Source of the DNA: a virus
Virus record (IMG/VR): IMGVR_UViG_3300027777_000031
Coordinates: 25,864 to 89,863 of that record
DNA length: 64,000 nucleotides
Direction: 5' to 3' (one strand)
Positions 30,768-41,725 of this stretch are shown in pieces. The first letter of the stretch is position 1. Every line of letters starts with the position of its first letter. Under the pieces are notes generated by a model, which worked only from the letters and a program-made list of their open reading frames with translations, was not told the origin of the DNA and searched no databases. A program made the position numbers and the translations under genes.

Positions 30768-31403
30768 TTATTTTAATAATTGTTTGATTCTATCTATATC
30801 GTTAATTATTCGTTTTTGTTTACTTTCGTTTAAACCAAACATTGGTTTAGCTACTTTGGAAATCATATCTATCATAAAATTTTGACCGAATTTTTTAGCT
30901 CCTTCCTCACTATCCGCCTCATCTCCACTTGAACTACCATCATTTGATGAACTACCAACATTATTAGAAACGTGAATATGGTTTTCGTGTTTTCCATCAC
31001 TAAATCCAAAATATAAAACAGCCTTATCATTTCCTGATTCACGATTAATCGTATAACTATAACCATTGGACAATTTATTTACAAATGCTATAATACTATC
31101 ATAGATTCCATTTTTTTTGGCGTCCGCCACAGAACTCCATCCTTTACCATTAATTCTATTAATATCAATAGCCTCACCTGTTTTATGTCTACTTTGATTA
31201 CCTGACGATGTTGTATCTCTATGTCCGGAATTTGCGGTCCCAATAGTCACTGTTATACCAACAGCATCAGCAGCATTATCAATATCTTCAAGTAATGATG
31301 AGTTTATTTCATCTGATGCTGCACTACCCTCCCATTTTATATTTGGATAATCCGATGTGTTAACAGCACTAACATCTTCCATTAAATTGATTAACTTTTT
31401 CAT
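30768..31403 (-). CDS. Peptidase M15-like peptidoglycan hydrolase
   Basis: SRHKTGEAIDI and HIHV Zn-binding pattern. Confidence 0.65.
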   Translation of the reverse strand: MKKLINLMEDVSAVNTSDYPNIKWEGSAASDEINSSLLEDIDNAADAVGITVTIGTANSGHRDTTSSGNQSRHKTGEAIDINRINGKGWSSVADAKKNGIYDSIIAFVNKLSNGYSYTINRESGNDKAVLYFGFSDGKHENHIHVSNNVGSSSNDGSSSGDEADSEEGAKKFGQNFMIDMISKVAKPMFGLNESKQKRIINDIDRIKQLLK

Positions 31404-31404
31404 A

Positions 31405-32010
31405 TTATTGTTCTAAATGGTTCATTAATACACCACCAATAGATGTTGAATAAACCAATAAATGATTTACCGATTCTTCATTTAATTTTGTTTTTTTCTT
31501 GGTATAATCAATACCTAACATACCAATAAATCGACCTTCAATACATTTTATCGCAAAAAGATAACCTGATTTACATCCAGTATCTTCAGCAATATATTTT
31601 AACCCAAAAGTTGCTATAGTTTCATCTTTAAAGTCAGATATTTCAATTTTATCGTGTTCTAATAATTGATTAATTGAACGGCTAAATAAATTAACAGGTA
31701 TATTGTGAAAATTCCCCTGTATTGAAGATACTGATGGTGCCACAGATTCATATATAATACTGAATTTTGCCATCGATTTCCCGGTTGGGTAAAAATTACC
31801 TCCATTATGAAATTGTGCAACCCAAACTCTATCTCCTTTTAATTCTTCTTTAATATGGTCTAATTTTGTCATTACAAGTTCACTGACTTTTAACGTTTCC
31901 AACACCATATCCGGTTTTTCTTCTTTTTTCTCTAATTTATTCTTGATGAATAATAATAGAACGGGACCTAATACCCCCGTAATAAACGCTACTATTATAG
32001 ATGCACTCAT
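31405..32010 (-). CDS. Single-TM protein with GAF-like domain (candidate T4 gpT-like holin)
   Basis: N-terminal TM; DRVWVAQFHNGG...KSGYLFAI...IGMLGIDY GAF-like pattern; directly upstream of the M15 peptidase. Confidence 0.5.
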   Translation of the reverse strand: MSASIIVAFITGVLGPVLLLFIKNKLEKKEEKPDMVLETLKVSELVMTKLDHIKEELKGDRVWVAQFHNGGNFYPTGKSMAKFSIIYESVAPSVSSIQGNFHNIPVNLFSRSINQLLEHDKIEISDFKDETIATFGLKYIAEDTGCKSGYLFAIKCIEGRFIGMLGIDYTKKKTKLNEESVNHLLVYSTSIGGVLMNHLEQ

Positions 32011-32015
32011 AAATT

Positions 32016-32567
32016 TTATCTTAAATTACCAAAGTTTTTTAAGAATTGTTCCTTAGTAATTTGTAATTTTTGACCACTTTTAGTTCTAACCACCATCATT
32101 TCAGGTTTTTTAGGTGTGGATTCAACAATTTTTTTCTTTGGAACTTCAAAAACTTTAGGTTTATGGTTTTCAACCACTTTAACTTTTGGTTCTTCAATAA
32201 TAGGTTCTTCCTGTTGGAAAACCTCAACAGTTAATCTTGGTTTTTCTTCTTGTTCTTGTTCAGAAACAACCACATTAACTTTTTTGTTTGTTTTTACACC
32301 AAAGTCAGAACTCCAAGGCTCAAAATAGACATCGTCGGCAATGACCTCTAATCTCATATTACCTTTTGTTCCTTCAGGTAAAAAATGTTTAGTTTTTGGG
32401 ATATTTACTTCACACACTCCTGTATTTTCAATAGCACCATTAAACATATAAGACATTTCATCTGTCTCAATTACTAATCTTACTTTAGATTTCGCTAAAG
32501 AAGTTCCTTCAATTTGTATATTACAATTGAATTTATTCGGTTTGTCTGTATATAAAAAGTAACTCAT
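32016..32567 (-). CDS. Hypothetical protein
   Basis: 183 aa with beta-rich N-terminus. Confidence 0.65.
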   Translation of the reverse strand: MSYFLYTDKPNKFNCNIQIEGTSLAKSKVRLVIETDEMSYMFNGAIENTGVCEVNIPKTKHFLPEGTKGNMRLEVIADDVYFEPWSSDFGVKTNKKVNVVVSEQEQEEKPRLTVEVFQQEEPIIEEPKVKVVENHKPKVFEVPKKKIVESTPKKPEMMVVRTKSGQKLQITKEQFLKNFGNLR

Positions 32568-32581
32568 AGCTAATAAATATC

Positions 32582-32908
32582 TTAATCTTTTATAATTGTC
32601 ACATCAACTTTAATATTTTTCTGTTCTTTCATCAATACTTCCACATCTTTTAACTTTACTGTGACTTTATTGTTCTTAGTTTTATTAACTCTTGTCTCAA
32701 ATTCAATCTCATCAACATCTAATCTTACAAATAATCCAATTAAGGTTGCGACTTCGTCTTGCCTTAATTCTTTCATTTTTTTACGGATTCTTGGTCCAAT
32801 ACCTCCTGCACCAACAATTTTCTGAATTACGCAAGCCTCTTTCCACGTAAATGGTGTCTCCATCCACGCGAAAGGTGTATCATCCCAAGAATAACAAATG
32901 CTTCCCAT
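32582..32908 (-). CDS. Hypothetical protein
   Basis: 108 aa ORF. Confidence 0.6.
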   Translation of the reverse strand: MGSICYSWDDTPFAWMETPFTWKEACVIQKIVGAGGIGPRIRKKMKELRQDEVATLIGLFVRLDVDEIEFETRVNKTKNNKVTVKLKDVEVLMKEQKNIKVDVTIIKD

Positions 32909-32946
32909 ACTATTTATAAATAACTAAAAATTTGTAAAATTGTAGT

Positions 32947-35900
32947 ATGTCTGATATTTCTAATCAATTAATTAAGGATTCATATAATTATGTCCTACAA
33001 TCTGACCTATCAACCGGTAATATTTACCGTATTGGTGGGGGTATTCCCGTTAATCCAATATTTTTATCCGGATTAACAATTATCTCAAGTTTTAAATTTT
33101 CAAATGGTTCTGAAAGAGCAGGATATGTTTTAACATCAGATGGTTCAGGTAATGCAACTTGGAGTCCTGTTTCAAATCAAAAAATAATATTAAAAAAAAT
33201 TGATTTAGGCACTAGATTAATTAATGGATTGGGTAATGTTGTAGTTAATTTAGTTAATGTTTGGGATAGGTTAACTAATTCTATTATTGGTAAACAACTT
33301 TACTATTCCGGAGTTAAAGTTGATTATTATTTTACTTACAATAATCCAAATAATGGTATTAGAACTAAAGAATTATGGACAACTCAAACATTTAATGTAA
33401 ATCTCAATACATCATTTGCGTTTAGTGGTATTTGCAATTATATTAGTCAAAATTATGAAACAACATTAGTGAATTTTTATTGTGAAATTTATTTAAATTT
33501 AAATCAAAATTATTTATCTCCAACACAAGTTAGATTAACCAATCCACTATTTAATTCATTAAATCCGTACAAATATAGTAGAGGTAAAAATTATACAGGT
33601 GAGGCTGAGTTTGTACGAAGTAATAATAACTTACCAAAATCATTGAATTCTATTGAAAATAATTTTATAAATGGCTGGCAATATTATTACGACGTTGGAG
33701 CTTCAAAAGATATTGTGAAAAAAGTATATGATATAATTTCAACACCTGAATTTTATGGTCCATTCTCGGCAGAGTCACAGTCAATATTAATTTTTGACAC
33801 TCCATATTCAAATGAAAGTAGAGAGGTTATTAAAAATAGTGTCTATGTTGAAACTTTAACCGGATTTTATTCAAAATTTAAAATACCGGTAAATCAACAC
33901 GGATTTTTCGAATCTTGTGTAAAATTATTTAATAATTTTTATGGTAATTTATTGTATGATATTGTTAGTGGCTCTACACCTACAATTAATAGTCACGCAT
34001 CAATAGATGGGTATAATTCATCATCATTCTATCAAATGATTGACACTTATCGTATTTACCCCAAAGGAACACCAGGAATAATTTATTACACGGTTAATTT
34101 TAAATTAAATGATTTACTTTTTTCAATGGGAATAGATAAACATCTAAAATATATTGGAAAATTTAGACAAAAGTCATATGTTCAAGTATTGCCGTATTAT
34201 CAAAACGTTTATATATTAAAAATAAGTGTTAATGGGGATAATAATCCACTATTATTTATTAATAATTTAATTAATAATTATCTTCAAATTAATGACTCGT
34301 CACTAAAAAGTAAAATCATCGATAACACCCCTAATCCTTATTGGACTAACGGGAATTATGGTTATATGGCTAATGAAAATTATTTTTATAATTATAACCC
34401 TTATGGTCCGTATTTGGTAATTCAATCAACGGATGAAAAGATGTATCAACTATCTCAAAACCCAATTTATACTGCGAGTAGTGTGGATACCATTTATATT
34501 GGGGGTGGTTTTACTAATTATAATCACAACGGAGCAAATTATATTATTAACTTAAATACGGATGGCTCAGTTAATTCCACATATAATTCAGGATTTGATA
34601 GTTATGTTCAGGTAATTGTAATACAATCAGACAATAAACTATTAGTTGGCGGTAATTTTTATAGTTATAACGGAACCGGAGCAAGTAGAATTATTAGATT
34701 AAACTCAGATGGTTCAGTTGATTCATCATTTGTTTATGGTTCGGGATTCAATGGTAAAACAACTGTTCAAACAATTGCAATACAATCAGATAATAAAATA
34801 TTGGTTGGCGGTGGTTTTAATAATTATAACGGAACCGGAGCAAATTATATCATTAGATTAAATTCAGACGGTTCGGTTGATTCATCATTTGTTTATGGTG
34901 ATGGATTTGATGACCTTGTTAATATAATTACAATACAATCAGATAATAAAATATTGGTTGGCGGTGGTTTTAATAATTATAACGGAACCGGAGCAAATAG
35001 AATTATTAGATTAAACTCAGACGGTTCGGTTGATTCATCATTTGTTTATGATGATGGATTTGATAGTGATGTTCAAACAATTGTAATACAATCAGATGGA
35101 AAAATATTGGTTGGAGGTTATTTTAGGAATTATAACGGAACCGGAGCAAATAGAATTATTAGATTAAACTCAGACGGTTCGGTTGATTCATCATTTGTTT
35201 ATGGTTCGGGATTTGATAACCTTGTTAATATAATTACAACACAATCAGACAATAAAATATTGGTTGGTGGTTATTTTAATAGTTATAACGGAACCGGAGC
35301 AAATTATATCATTAGATTAAACTCAGATGGTTCAATTGATTCATCATTTGTTTATGGTTCGGGATTTGATAACCTTGTTAATATAATTACAACACAATCA
35401 GACAATAAAATATTGGTTGGTGGTTATTTTAATAGTTATAACGGAACCGGAGCAAATTATATCATTAGATTAAACTCAGACGGTTCGGTTGATTCATCAT
35501 TTGTTTATGGTGATGGATTTAATACGTTTGTTCAAACAATTGCAACTAAAGTAATAACAAATTCAATTAATGTTGACGCAATTTATAAAGGAACATCATT
35601 TAAACCATTTATTTATCCATTAAATTTAAATCAATTAACTTTAGAAGTTCCGGTAACAGATGATAATAATCAGTTTTTTATGGATGGAACCAAAGAATTA
35701 AGATTTATAATAAAATATATTAAATTACAACAATATGATGTTTCAACGGCACAAATAAAAGTAACAACTATTAGAAATGAAACTTCTGATAATAAATTTT
35801 TTACATTAACCCTATCTACGAATGACTCATTTGAAAGCACTGTTTTAGGTGAAATAAGTCATACTAATCGAAAACAATTTAGACCTGGAAATGTTGAAAT

Positions 35901-36030
35901 ATATTTATCATTTTTTGATACCAATACTAATGAAACAAGTTTAATACCGAATTATAAAATAATCATTGCAAAATATGGTGATAATGAGGTATTTAAATTA
36001 ATAAAGGGTCCAAACGTTATCAATATTTAA
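32947..36030 (+). CDS. Tail fibre/adhesin with delta-60 beta-propeller repeats
   Basis: GYVLTSDGSGNATW fibre motif; about 7 repeats of QSDNKILVGG.F..YNGTGAN.IIRLNSDGSVDSSF. Confidence 0.75.
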   Translation: MSDISNQLIKDSYNYVLQSDLSTGNIYRIGGGIPVNPIFLSGLTIISSFKFSNGSERAGYVLTSDGSGNATWSPVSNQKIILKKIDLGTRLINGLGNVVVNLVNVWDRLTNSIIGKQLYYSGVKVDYYFTYNNPNNGIRTKELWTTQTFNVNLNTSFAFSGICNYISQNYETTLVNFYCEIYLNLNQNYLSPTQVRLTNPLFNSLNPYKYSRGKNYTGEAEFVRSNNNLPKSLNSIENNFINGWQYYYDVGASKDIVKKVYDIISTPEFYGPFSAESQSILIFDTPYSNESREVIKNSVYVETLTGFYSKFKIPVNQHGFFESCVKLFNNFYGNLLYDIVSGSTPTINSHASIDGYNSSSFYQMIDTYRIYPKGTPGIIYYTVNFKLNDLLFSMGIDKHLKYIGKFRQKSYVQVLPYYQNVYILKISVNGDNNPLLFINNLINNYLQINDSSLKSKIIDNTPNPYWTNGNYGYMANENYFYNYNPYGPYLVIQSTDEKMYQLSQNPIYTASSVDTIYIGGGFTNYNHNGANYIINLNTDGSVNSTYNSGFDSYVQVIVIQSDNKLLVGGNFYSYNGTGASRIIRLNSDGSVDSSFVYGSGFNGKTTVQTIAIQSDNKILVGGGFNNYNGTGANYIIRLNSDGSVDSSFVYGDGFDDLVNIITIQSDNKILVGGGFNNYNGTGANRIIRLNSDGSVDSSFVYDDGFDSDVQTIVIQSDGKILVGGYFRNYNGTGANRIIRLNSDGSVDSSFVYGSGFDNLVNIITTQSDNKILVGGYFNSYNGTGANYIIRLNSDGSIDSSFVYGSGFDNLVNIITTQSDNKILVGGYFNSYNGTGANYIIRLNSDGSVDSSFVYGDGFNTFVQTIATKVITNSINVDAIYKGTSFKPFIYPLNLNQLTLEVPVTDDNNQFFMDGTKELRFIIKYIKLQQYDVSTAQIKVTTIRNETSDNKFFTLTLSTNDSFESTVLGEISHTNRKQFRPGNVEIYLSFFDTNTNETSLIPNYKIIIAKYGDNEVFKLIKGPNVINI

Positions 36031-36129
36031 GACCCATAATGAGGTGATGTCCGTTAAGGATAATGAGTTACCGTAAAAAGGGGGTAGTTGTTATTAATAT
36101 TCTATCCCCATATTTTTAAAAAAAAATTA

Positions 36130-39100
36130 ATGAGATATAATATTAAACTAAATTGGGGTTACTCAACCGATGTTAAACCAATAACATCACAAATTGGTGA
36201 TAGATTTTTAGAAATCGATACTCAATTAGAATATGTATTTTTAGATTACAATCAGTGGAGTTTAATAGGTTCAAATACAAACACATTCTCCGGTGGAACC
36301 GTTTCAGGTGCAACCAATTTTACAAACGGTTTAAGTGCTAACACAATATCGGCAACAACTTATTATAATTTACCACAAGATATTTATGTTACCGGAGGTA
36401 CCTATTCATCAGGAACAGCGATATTTACTAACAATACCGGAGGAACATTTAATGTTACAGGTTTTAAAACAAATGATGTTTTTGTAACAGGAGGTACATA
36501 TTCAGCAGGAACAGCAATATTTACTAACAATACCGGAGGAACATTTAATGTTACAGGTTTTAAAACAAATGATGTTTTTGTAACAGGAGGTACATATTCT
36601 AATAACAAATTTACCTACACTAATAATACAGGTGGAACTTTTAGCGTATTATTCAATACGGTTACGGGATTAACAATCAATGGTGATTTAACTGTTACCG
36701 GAAATACATCACTACAATCGTTAAGTGCAAGAACAATATCCGCAACAACTTATTATAATATTCCAATTAAATATTATGCAGAATATTCGGGTTCACCAAC
36801 GACATCACCAATTGTTTTATCAACCAATAGTATTGCTATTGGAGATGGTGCTCAAGCAAATAGTTCTTCTATGTTTGTTGTGGGTTTAAATGTCGGTTAT
36901 CAATCAACGGGTGTTACAGGCTCAAACTTTATTGGTCAAAATGCCGGTCAACAAGCATCAAATTCAAGTAATTCAAATTTCTTTGGTGTAAATTCCGGTT
37001 ATCAAGCGTCAAATTCAAACGATTCAAACTTTATTGGTAGACAATCAGGTTATCAATCAACAGGTACAACTTACTCAAACTTTATAGGTTATTCTGCCGG
37101 TCAACAAGCATCAAATTCAAGTTATTCAAATTTTATTGGTCAAAATTCCGGTTATCAAGCAACAAGTTCAATTTATTCAAACTTTATTGGTATACAATCA
37201 GGTTATCAATCAACAGGTGTTACATCCTCAAACTTTATTGGTTTTAATGCCGGTTATGTAGCGTCAAATTCAAGTTATTCGAATTTCTTTGGATATCAAT
37301 CGGGTCAACAAGCATCAAATTCAACTTATTCAAATTTCTTTGGTCAAAATTCCGGTTATCAAGCGTCAAATTCAACTTTTTCAAATTTTATTGGTCAAAA
37401 TTCCGGTTATCAATCAACAGGTACAACTAACTCAAACTTTATTGGTCAAAATGCCGGTTATGTAGCGTCAAATTCAACTTTTTCAAATTTTATTGGATTT
37501 CAATCGGGTCAACAAGCATCAAATTCAAGTTATTCAAATTTCTTTGGTGTAAATTCCGGTTATCAAGCGTCAAATTCAAACGATTCAAACTTTATTGGTA
37601 GACAATCAGGTTATCAATCAACAGGTACAACTTACTCAAACTTTATAGGTTATTCTGCCGGTCAAGGAGCAACAGTTTCAAGTAATTCAAATTTTATTGG
37701 TCAAAATGCCGGTTATCAAGCAACAGGTGTAACTAACTCAAATTTCTTTGGTTTTCAATCAGGTCAAGGAGCAACAGTTTCAAGTTATTCAAACTTCTTT
37801 GGTCAAAAATCAGGTTTCTTGGCTACAGGGGTAACTTATTCAAACTTCTTTGGTTACCAAGTTGGTTCAGGTATGACGGGTACTAATAATATTATAATTG
37901 GGACAAATATTTCATTACCAATCAATACAAATAACTCTATTAACATAGGTGGTGTTTTATTTGGTACCGGTGCATATAGTACAACATCAGGTAATCCATT
38001 TACTGGTGCAACAAGTACAGGTAAAATTGGTATTAATGTTGTCACACCATCAGAGGCCTTACACGTATCAGGAAATACATTAGTTCAAGGTTCTTTAACC
38101 GCAAATACAATATCAGCAACAACATATCAAAACTTACCAACTGATGTTAGATTAACAGGTGCAACATATTCTAATAATACATTTACTTACACCAATAATA
38201 CAGGTGGAACATTTAGTGTATTATTTAATACGGTGACAGGATTAACAGTTAATGGTAATTTAACTGTAACCGGTAATACAACATCACCAAATTTTAGTGG
38301 GAATAGTGATACTATTTCAGGAACTAAAGGAACTGTAACAACAAATGGTAGTTCTACCACAGCTTTCATTAATGTTTCAGGAAGTAATACTATCGGTGGT
38401 ACAGGATATACCGATTTTATTCGAGTAACAAACACTTCCGCAGGTGCAACTAACCCAAACAAAACCATACGTGTAAATAACGTCGGTGGGATGGAATTTT
38501 TAGATAGTGCGTACAATAATGTTAGATTTTCAATTAGTGATGCTGGTGGTGTAGGTTTTGGTCTTTCAACAACATCATCAAGTGATGCAACTTCAAATTA
38601 TTTATTTTTAAATAATAATAATTCACAATTATATGATGATGGTAATTTTCACATTCATAGTAGAGGTGCCGGACAATCTATGTGGATTAACACAAATAAT
38701 GGAGCAATTATTTTAGGTAACCAAAGCCCCGTTGCAGGTGGTGGTGCAGCATCATCAATTATTATGGGTTCAGGTTCAACAACCACTAGAGCGTATGTAA
38801 ATGTTTATGGTTCTAAAACATACTCGATTGGTACTTACGGATTTTTGTACACAGGTGGTGCTGGTACAGGTGGTAGTACAACAGGTACTTTTGGTTTATA
38901 TTGTTCTAATCGTATTGAAGCTAGTGAGTTTGATGCAACATCTGATGAAAGACTAAAAAATATTCAAGGTGATATTGAGTTGGATGATGCAATTAAATTA
39001 GTAAATAATATAAAACCAATTAAATTTACTTGGAAAGATAAAGAAACTGAAGGTATTAAAACAGGGTATTCCGCACAACAAGTGGTTAAGTCAGGTTTTA

Positions 39101-39306
39101 ACCATTTGATTAGTCATATCCCTAATGAAGATTTGAAAGAAACAACTGACGATGAAGGTTTTACAAGTCCTGAAGGTTTCCAATTAACTATGGGATATGA
39201 CCAAGTAACACCTTATCACGGAGTTGTTATAAAACATTTGTTGGAACAAATTGAATTATTAAAAGAAGAAATAAAAGAGTTAAAAAATAAAAAAAGTGAG
39301 GTGTAA
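36130..39306 (+). CDS. Tail fibre with 17-aa repeats and C-terminal intramolecular chaperone (peptidase S74)
   Basis: SNFIG..SGYQ repeats; SDERLKNI...IKPIKFTW...GYSAQQV and a terminal coiled coil. Confidence 0.82.
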   Translation: MRYNIKLNWGYSTDVKPITSQIGDRFLEIDTQLEYVFLDYNQWSLIGSNTNTFSGGTVSGATNFTNGLSANTISATTYYNLPQDIYVTGGTYSSGTAIFTNNTGGTFNVTGFKTNDVFVTGGTYSAGTAIFTNNTGGTFNVTGFKTNDVFVTGGTYSNNKFTYTNNTGGTFSVLFNTVTGLTINGDLTVTGNTSLQSLSARTISATTYYNIPIKYYAEYSGSPTTSPIVLSTNSIAIGDGAQANSSSMFVVGLNVGYQSTGVTGSNFIGQNAGQQASNSSNSNFFGVNSGYQASNSNDSNFIGRQSGYQSTGTTYSNFIGYSAGQQASNSSYSNFIGQNSGYQATSSIYSNFIGIQSGYQSTGVTSSNFIGFNAGYVASNSSYSNFFGYQSGQQASNSTYSNFFGQNSGYQASNSTFSNFIGQNSGYQSTGTTNSNFIGQNAGYVASNSTFSNFIGFQSGQQASNSSYSNFFGVNSGYQASNSNDSNFIGRQSGYQSTGTTYSNFIGYSAGQGATVSSNSNFIGQNAGYQATGVTNSNFFGFQSGQGATVSSYSNFFGQKSGFLATGVTYSNFFGYQVGSGMTGTNNIIIGTNISLPINTNNSINIGGVLFGTGAYSTTSGNPFTGATSTGKIGINVVTPSEALHVSGNTLVQGSLTANTISATTYQNLPTDVRLTGATYSNNTFTYTNNTGGTFSVLFNTVTGLTVNGNLTVTGNTTSPNFSGNSDTISGTKGTVTTNGSSTTAFINVSGSNTIGGTGYTDFIRVTNTSAGATNPNKTIRVNNVGGMEFLDSAYNNVRFSISDAGGVGFGLSTTSSSDATSNYLFLNNNNSQLYDDGNFHIHSRGAGQSMWINTNNGAIILGNQSPVAGGGAASSIIMGSGSTTTRAYVNVYGSKTYSIGTYGFLYTGGAGTGGSTTGTFGLYCSNRIEASEFDATSDERLKNIQGDIELDDAIKLVNNIKPIKFTWKDKETEGIKTGYSAQQVVKSGFNHLISHIPNEDLKETTDDEGFTSPEGFQLTMGYDQVTPYHGVVIKHLLEQIELLKEEIKELKNKKSEV

Positions 39307-39317
39307 ACCCCACTTTA

Positions 39318-40343
39318 TTACAGTTTTTTAAATTCCGGTCTGATTAGGTTCCATATGATTTCAGAGTAATCTTTTTTATCAAACATTCTGAATAGAATCC
39401 CTGACATATGTTTAGGTTGGGTTGATACCCACTCAGCAAACTCTTTTCTATCAGTGATAGGTTCTTGGTCGTTATATTTCCCATACATTTTATAGTCAAA
39501 CTTTTTACCAACATCTTCAGATATTTGGAAATAACCATATCTTAATTCTTTAACATAGTTTTGAATTTTTTTATAAAATTCATCCGGAACATCTTTTAAT
39601 AATTCCAACACATCTTCACCATTTTTTAAATACTCCCAAACTCCGGTTGTGGTTACGTTGGTCATTATTTTATGAAGACGAAGATACTCGGCACCTTTCA
39701 CTTTGACTCTGTCTCCGTTAGAGAACTTTACCACAAACCCTTCTTGGTCGTTTTTAACCATTTCTTTTAGTTGTTTGTAGTCAGATATACCATCGTATTT
39801 TTTAACAACATCAAACCCGTATTCTCTCCACATTTCCACATCATATTCTTTACCATTCTTATCAAAGGTTCCTAATAGGACTAGTTTCTCATCATCACCA
39901 TAATCCAAAACAATTCTGTTTTCCATATATATAATTTCAAAGCAGAAAGTCAGATGTCTGAACATTATGTCGGTATTGTATTTTCTTAAGATTTCTCTCG
40001 CTTTGATTGCTTGGTCAGAGGTGAATGAACCACGAGTGGCAACCACCCATTGACCTTCATACCAAAACACAATTCCCAATGAACCATCCATTTTTTCATA
40101 AACCTCAAACTTTTCAGTTGGTTCAAATTTACCTTCTTCTATATTGAAGAACTTTTGGAATGGGGTTGCAACGATGTCTCCGTTGTTGTCGGTAACTAAA
40201 CCTCTACACATAAGAGTCACCTCATCCCACAGGTTCTCGTACTGAACTTTCTCAGTATAATTCCATATGGTTAATGGAAGTGATGGATGTACTTGTTTGT
40301 AAAGTAATCCGTCTTCGTAATATTTGTTTAGTTTTTCTAACAT
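39318..40343 (-). CDS. T4 Rnl1-type RNA ligase
   Basis: CRGLV, KFFN, EKMDGSLG, TRGSF, EGFVV, RVKVK motifs. Confidence 0.88.
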   Translation of the reverse strand: MLEKLNKYYEDGLLYKQVHPSLPLTIWNYTEKVQYENLWDEVTLMCRGLVTDNNGDIVATPFQKFFNIEEGKFEPTEKFEVYEKMDGSLGIVFWYEGQWVVATRGSFTSDQAIKAREILRKYNTDIMFRHLTFCFEIIYMENRIVLDYGDDEKLVLLGTFDKNGKEYDVEMWREYGFDVVKKYDGISDYKQLKEMVKNDQEGFVVKFSNGDRVKVKGAEYLRLHKIMTNVTTTGVWEYLKNGEDVLELLKDVPDEFYKKIQNYVKELRYGYFQISEDVGKKFDYKMYGKYNDQEPITDRKEFAEWVSTQPKHMSGILFRMFDKKDYSEIIWNLIRPEFKKL

Positions 40344-40344
40344 C

Positions 40345-40674
40345 TTATCCTATTTGTTTCAAATTTTCTTCCAATCTACTTAAGAATGATTCCTCACCAT
40401 CATCACCTGATAATAACCAATCCACTCGTTGAGCGTATTCTTGAGCAATATGAAGAGCTTTAACCGCCTCTTTCATCTTCTCAATAACCTCGTCCGAATA
40501 TTTGTAATGGAATTTATCTTCAGGGTATTTTACATACCACTCAGGGTCTCTCCACCATTCGTCTTTAAGTTCTTCCGGTGTTTTCTCAACACCATTCTTT
40601 ACAATAATCTCGTCTATTTCGTCTGCGATGTAACCAATCTTATATTGGTTGTAATCAAATGCTCCTCCGCTCAT
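40345..40674 (-). CDS. Hypothetical protein
   Basis: MSGGAFDY...RVDWLLSGDDGEESF. Confidence 0.7.
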   Translation of the reverse strand: MSGGAFDYNQYKIGYIADEIDEIIVKNGVEKTPEELKDEWWRDPEWYVKYPEDKFHYKYSDEVIEKMKEAVKALHIAQEYAQRVDWLLSGDDGEESFLSRLEENLKQIG

Positions 40675-40707
40675 AATTAAATAATTTTAGGGGACAAAGA
40701 TATGGAA

Positions 40708-41103
40708 TTAAAGTTTTACTTCAAAACGATTTTTCATTATTTCCAATTTATCTTCCGGAACCCCGTGTTCATTAACCCCACCGTGTCTATTCTCTACAAT
40801 AAGTGAATGAACTCTGTAACCATATTTTTCCGCTAATTCAAAATAAGGTGTCATTTCCCACTCTTGGGTGAATGTATTTGATACCACAACTTTATGCTCG
40901 TATTTCATAAGGAACTCAACCTCTTCTTGACACCAAGCGTGAGCATCTCTTAATGATGTAACATCAAATTTGTAGTTACCATCCCCATCGACAAAATACA
41001 TATCCGCCTCTTTGTGACAATAATCTTTATCACCAACTAACATTTTTGCCAACGTTGATTTACCACTTCCCGGTAATCCTCTTAATAAAAATAACTCTTT
41101 CAT
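40708..41103 (-). CDS. P-loop kinase, polynucleotide kinase-like (AAA_33)
   Basis: LRGLPGSGKST, EADMYF, VVSNTF, HGVPEDKLEIM. Confidence 0.82.
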   Translation of the reverse strand: MKELFLLRGLPGSGKSTLAKMLVGDKDYCHKEADMYFVDGDGNYKFDVTSLRDAHAWCQEEVEFLMKYEHKVVVSNTFTQEWEMTPYFELAEKYGYRVHSLIVENRHGGVNEHGVPEDKLEIMKNRFEVKL

Positions 41104-41390
41104 ATATCGCACTCTTTTAAATGTTTAACAATTTTTTCAATACCTTCAACATCATCCGGATTGATGATAAACTCATCAAACGCCCCATATCTTGATTGAT
41201 GTCCAAAAATATATTTCAATCCATAACCAACTCTTTGCCAAAATGGGCGTTTAACCAAATGCGTATGGACATAAACCATTGGAAATCTTACACCATCAAT
41301 ATCGTCCTCATCATATAGGACAACCATTTGATGTTCCGTGTTATGACAGGAACACACAAATAAATCTTTTTTTGTTTGTTTAATTCTCAT
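41100..41390 (-). CDS. Hypothetical protein
   Basis: CSCH motif; overlaps both neighbours. Confidence 0.65.
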   Translation of the reverse strand: MRIKQTKKDLFVCSCHNTEHQMVVLYDEDDIDGVRFPMVYVHTHLVKRPFWQRVGYGLKYIFGHQSRYGAFDEFIINPDDVEGIEKIVKHLKECDI

Positions 41391-41650
41391 ATTACTTTTA
41401 CTTCTATTAGTTTTCTTCTTAACCATTGTTCATCAACATTATCAGGTCTTTTACCTAAAATGATTTCATCAATTGTATCACCAAGAAATTCCATCAACAT
41501 TCTTTTAATTTCAGATGGTGCATCCATTGCTGCATACGAATAACAATCTTGTAACATTTCGTGAGATAATGGAACCTCAATTATAATCCGTGACGATATT
41601 AATGAACCATCTTCATTAAAGTGGTTGTCTTCTACTCTTGTGTTTAACAT
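41387..41650 (-). CDS. Hypothetical protein
   Basis: 87 aa, promoter at 41663-41670. Confidence 0.6.
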   Translation of the reverse strand: MLNTRVEDNHFNEDGSLISSRIIIEVPLSHEMLQDCYSYAAMDAPSEIKRMLMEFLGDTIDEIILGKRPDNVDEQWLRRKLIEVKVI

Positions 41651-41725
41651 ATTATTTTTTTACAAAGATAAACATTTTTTTTTAATAAAAATAGTATTTT
41701 ACATTTTTTCCATATATTTATATAT

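Noticed and set aside
36031-36110. Possible riboswitch or ribozyme between the fibre genes
   Set aside because: Only a GGGGTAG/CTATCCCC hairpin is supportable; no recognisable aptamer or catalytic core
34480-37870. Regular repeats as a CRISPR array
   Set aside because: They are in-frame coding repeats without unique spacers, and no cas genes are present
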